From NCBI GenBank assembly GCA_001179505.1, contig CDMY01000430.1, positions 13,884 through 77,883 of the forward strand: a DNA stretch of 64,000 bases. The letters are read 5' to 3'. The position numbers and the translations under genes were made by a program. This DNA is from Vitrella brassicaformis CCMP3155 (lineage: Eukaryota > Protista > Chromerida). This document shows positions 60,512 through 64,000 of the stretch, one piece after another. Position 1 is the stretch's first letter; every line of letters begins with the position of its first letter. The notes beneath the pieces were generated by a model. The model made no database searches and was not told where the DNA came from. It was given only the letters and a program-made list of their open reading frames with translations.

Positions 60512-60869
60512 GTGTGAAAGACGGCACGGCGTCTTTCTATCTTTCTAACGGCCGATAATGTACACAGCGTAATAGAAGTCAGGACACAAGATGGACTCTC
60601 TCCTGGCTCATCATGGACTCTCTCATGAGCTCTCTTTGCTGACCTTGACAGATTCACGCCACGCACAGCAACGGCAGACGGACGTTGGCAAGCCTGAATC
60701 ATCGGGAACAGTGCAGAGTCGCTTTTGCGGGGCTGAGTCTGCTCTGTAGTGCTGCTCTGGTCGTACAGCGCAGCCTAGAACCGTCAGATCTTTCAGCGCT
60801 TTCTTGAGTAGATCGGCAATTACAAGCTCGCAAGGAGAAGGCGAACCCAACGATACTGCAGCTGCCGCG

Positions 60870-62199
60870 ATGTCATACGACCGTGCCATTACCGTCTTTT
60901 CGCCCGACGGCCATCTGTTCCAGGTCGAGTACGCGCAGGAGGCGGTGCGCAAGGGCTTCACGGCAGTCGGGCTGCGCGGCAAGGACTGCATCTGTCTGGC
61001 GGTCGAGCGCAAATCAGTCGGCAGGCTGCAGGACCCTCGGTCGGCACAATGCGGACGCGAAAGACTGTCACTGGCAGACAGCTGCCAACGTGTGTGATGT
61101 GCTGTGCTGCAGGACGCTCAAGAAGATCCTGGCAGTGGATGACAACATCCGTCTGGCATTCGCTGGCCTGAGTGCTGACGCCCGTGTGCTCGTCAACAGA
61201 GTGAGGGACAACACTGCTCTCACACTGCTGACGTGGATGAATGTGTGGTTGGTGGCTTGGTTGGTGTGTGTTGGTCACGTACGTCAGGTTCGGCTTGAGT
61301 GTCAGGCCTACCGCCTCAGTCTGGAGGACGCCCCGACCGTCGACTGGGTCGCCAAGTACATGGCCAAAATACAACAGGTACCATGCAGTTGTGGATCAAC
61401 GCATCTACTGTCTGTCTGTCTGTCTGTGTGTCTGACATGTCAGTCGATGACCCACCGCGGCGGTGCCCGTCCCTACGGCATATCGACCCTGGTGGCTGGT
61501 GTCAATGGGGACGGCGAGCCGGCCCTCTACCAGACCGACCCCTCAGGTGTGTGCTCGGCATGGAAGGCCAACTGCATCGGCAGAAACTCAAAGGTATGGC
61601 CGGGGGGGCGGAGCGGGGCGGGGCGGGGCGGGAGTGCGAGTGTGATGACTGCAGGAGACGAGACGTCCATCCGTGCATGAGTCTGTGTGTGTGAGTGTGT
61701 TCTTCAATTCTGTCGATGCCATGCAGACTGTGTTGGAGTTCCTCGAGAAGCACTACAAGGAGGATCTCACCAAGGATGAGACCATCCTCCTCAGCGTCAA
61801 GGCACTCCTAGAGGTGCGCTGGAGTCGTGAAGGCGCCACAGCCACCGGCCCAGAAGAACCCAACCAACCCACACGCGGCCCAATGTGTGTGTGTGTGTGT
61901 GTGTGTGTTGGTGTTTGTTTTCACGTCGGTCCAGGTGGTCGAGAAGGGGTCCAAGAACATCGAGGTGGCTGTGTTGCGGAGCCAGGGGCCGGGCAAGGAC
62001 GTGGAGATATCCGACCTCAAAGAGGAGGAAATCGAAGCTGTGGTACGCACCGACCGACGCACCTGACCTGGCCGCTGGCTGTACGTGTGCGTGCCGGGCT
62101 TTACGTGTGTGTGTCGTGTTGATTGTGGTGCAGGTTGCTCAGATCGAGAAGGAGGAGCAGGAGGAGAAGGAGAGGCAGGAGAAACAGAGGGCGTCCTAG
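60870..62199 (+). CDS. PSMA7: 20S proteasome subunit alpha-4 (alpha type 7), 7 exons
   Basis: [93 protein letters not shown], charged C-terminal tail. Confidence 0.97.
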
Positions 62200-62667
62200 A
62201 CTGGGAGGGAGGCTGTGTGATGTCGTGCGAGAGAAGCGGCCTAGCAGTTGATGCATGAGACAATGACAATTCTGCCTGAGATACTCCTGTCTGTCGTGTC
62301 ACGAGAAAGACGTCAAGACGTTCTTGTTTGTTTGGTGTAAAGCATTCATTTACGCACAAACGAGGATTTGGTCTCTCCAATGCACTGGAGCCATTGGCCT
62401 CTCATCACAGGACTTGGAAACATGCGTGGAGACAAAACTCTTCGCAGAAAACGTCTGTGTCAGCGTCACCACCCTAGCTATGCAGAGAGGTCACAAAAAA
62501 AGGCGACCCCGCAGAACACCAGAACACCCACGCATCTGTTTGTCCATCCATCCAGCTCTGGCTACCCATTCAGCCGACATGCAGGCAGGCACGGAGGCAA
62601 CTAATCAATCATCACGTGACAAAAAACTCTGCCTTTGTTGGTGGTTCGGTTCACGGCTGCCTTTCAT

Positions 62668-63870
62668 TCAGTTGACGAAAGCGTCGATGAGGGCGACGTA
62701 TGGCTGTCTGCACTTGGGGCACGTGTGGTCGAACTGTTCAGCGGCATCCTCGTACTGCTGGGCGCACTCGTCACACTGCAGGCAGGCAGGCAGGCAGGCA
62801 GGCAGGAACACACACTTGACAGACAGATGCAGGTGGGTGTCTCTCTCTCTCTCTCTCTGCGTGTATGTGCTTACGATGCGACGCACACGGCGCTTTGCCG
62901 TGCGGTGCCGCCAGCAGCAGCGGCCGCCGATGCGTTGTGGAGGAAGCCACGGACGGCCTGCTTGTCGAGGCACATGCAGCAGGTGGACTGACGGTCCTCT
63001 CGCCCAGCACTGTTCGCTGCGGAGGCCTGCTCTTGCTGCAAAGAGGAGAGGATACACACACATACATACATGGATCACTCACTGGTGTGTCGTGTCGATC
63101 TGTATGCCCAGCCCGCCATCCTCCCCACCTGCTGAATGAGTGCCAGAAGGGACATTGTCTCCTCGTCCCTCTCTCTGCCGTTGGACAGAGCCGTCAGCTT
63201 GCCTCGCGCACGGGCGAGGAACCGCTCCACCCCTGCCAGCTTGGCAGCGATGCCCCGCTTGTCGTGGAGGAGGGCGGTGCGGATGGTACGGCCATCAGCA
63301 CCAGCGAGACGACGGTCACTGAGGGTGGCGTCGATGTCGGCCTGCTCTCTGGCGAGGTTCTCCTGCTCGGTCATGACCTCGGAGATGAGAAGGCTCAGCG
63401 TATCGCCGTCGAGGTCGCCATCCAACAAACTGCATAGAGTGAGCATACACACAGGAAGTGAAGAGCTCTGACCGACGGCAGAGAGAGGGACGATGCACAA
63501 CCGTGGAGTGAAGTGAACTGTGGTGCCTTCCGCTGACCTCTCCCGGTTGTGGATCTCGTCGTCGCCGTTCTGCGGCGTACTGCGGCCCTGTGGGACTAAG
63601 TTTCCGGCTGCAGCGGCCGAGCTGCCGTCACGGGGGGCACTGCCGGGTCTGTTGAACCTGCAGCGCACACACATGACAAGAAACACACACAGAGATGCTG
63701 CGATGGATGCATTTCAGTCGTTGCTGCCTGTCCTGCATGCACACCACACCGTCGCTGCTGGACTTCCTCTCGAGTGTGAGCAAACGAGCAGAACTCCCCG
63801 TACGGGCAATCCTGGCCTGCAAGAAGAGACCATCACACACAACAGCCACACGGACAGGGGGGGAAACTGT
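62668..63870 (-). CDS. C-terminal RING-HC-like zinc-finger protein with a coiled-coil (5' end probably beyond the window)
   Basis: CCMCLDKQAVRGFLH ... CDECAQ ... CPKCRQP in the last exons, preceded by a heptad-rich exon; one splice junction inside the RING was not resolved. Confidence 0.7.
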
Positions 63871-64000
63871 CATTAACCGTAACACTCGTCTGTGTGTCCG
63901 TGATACTCATACAAATACAGTCCCATCAGCACGCAGAGTCAAACAGGCTCAAGGGGAGGAGGGATCAATCCCCGCCCCATCAGCACACCCCAGTCCCGCA

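Noticed and set aside
33000-64000. Many overlapping ORFs rich in C/V, T/H, S/L or D/G dipeptides
   Set aside because: These are translations of intronic (GT)n, (CA)n, (CT)n and (GATG)n microsatellites, or antisense shadows of GC-rich exons.

Overview
Eukaryotic genomic DNA. It is GC-rich, with many short spliceosomal introns filled with (GT)n, (GATG)n, (CTGT)n and (GGGA)n microsatellites, and it carries TTTAGGG-type telomeric motifs. This style suggests a chromerid alveolate such as Vitrella; that is an inference from sequence style only. There are three 300-N scaffold gaps (690-989, 41288-41587, 44167-44466). The left half (about 1-33 kb) is a transposon-rich accessory region. It holds a frameshifted Ty3/gypsy chromovirus pol, two CRE-like non-LTR fragments and a decayed full-length Ty1/copia element with LTRs. 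Among these sits a compact cluster of three bacterial-type carbohydrate-processing genes: a PF05426/PL38-like polysaccharide lyase disrupted by a 314-bp tandem duplication, an arylsulfotransferase-like relic, and an apparently intact 10-exon GH97 glycosidase with a 7-nt microexon. The right half (about 33-64 kb) is gene-dense and intron-rich. It holds a MORN-repeat/TGS1-like cap methyltransferase chimera, a KOW-motif protein, a 7TM (THH1/TOM1-like) TKL pseudokinase, a His-rich MerC-like transporter, an inverted duplicated 4-TM gene pair, a coiled-coil protein, a catalytically degenerate ABHD17-like hydrolase, an RS-rich zinc-finger protein, a SEA-like type I membrane protein, proteasome alpha-4 (PSMA7) and a RING-finger protein. 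Family calls come from motif recognition by eye, and exon boundaries were read manually from GT/GC-AG sites and frame continuity. No database searches were run.
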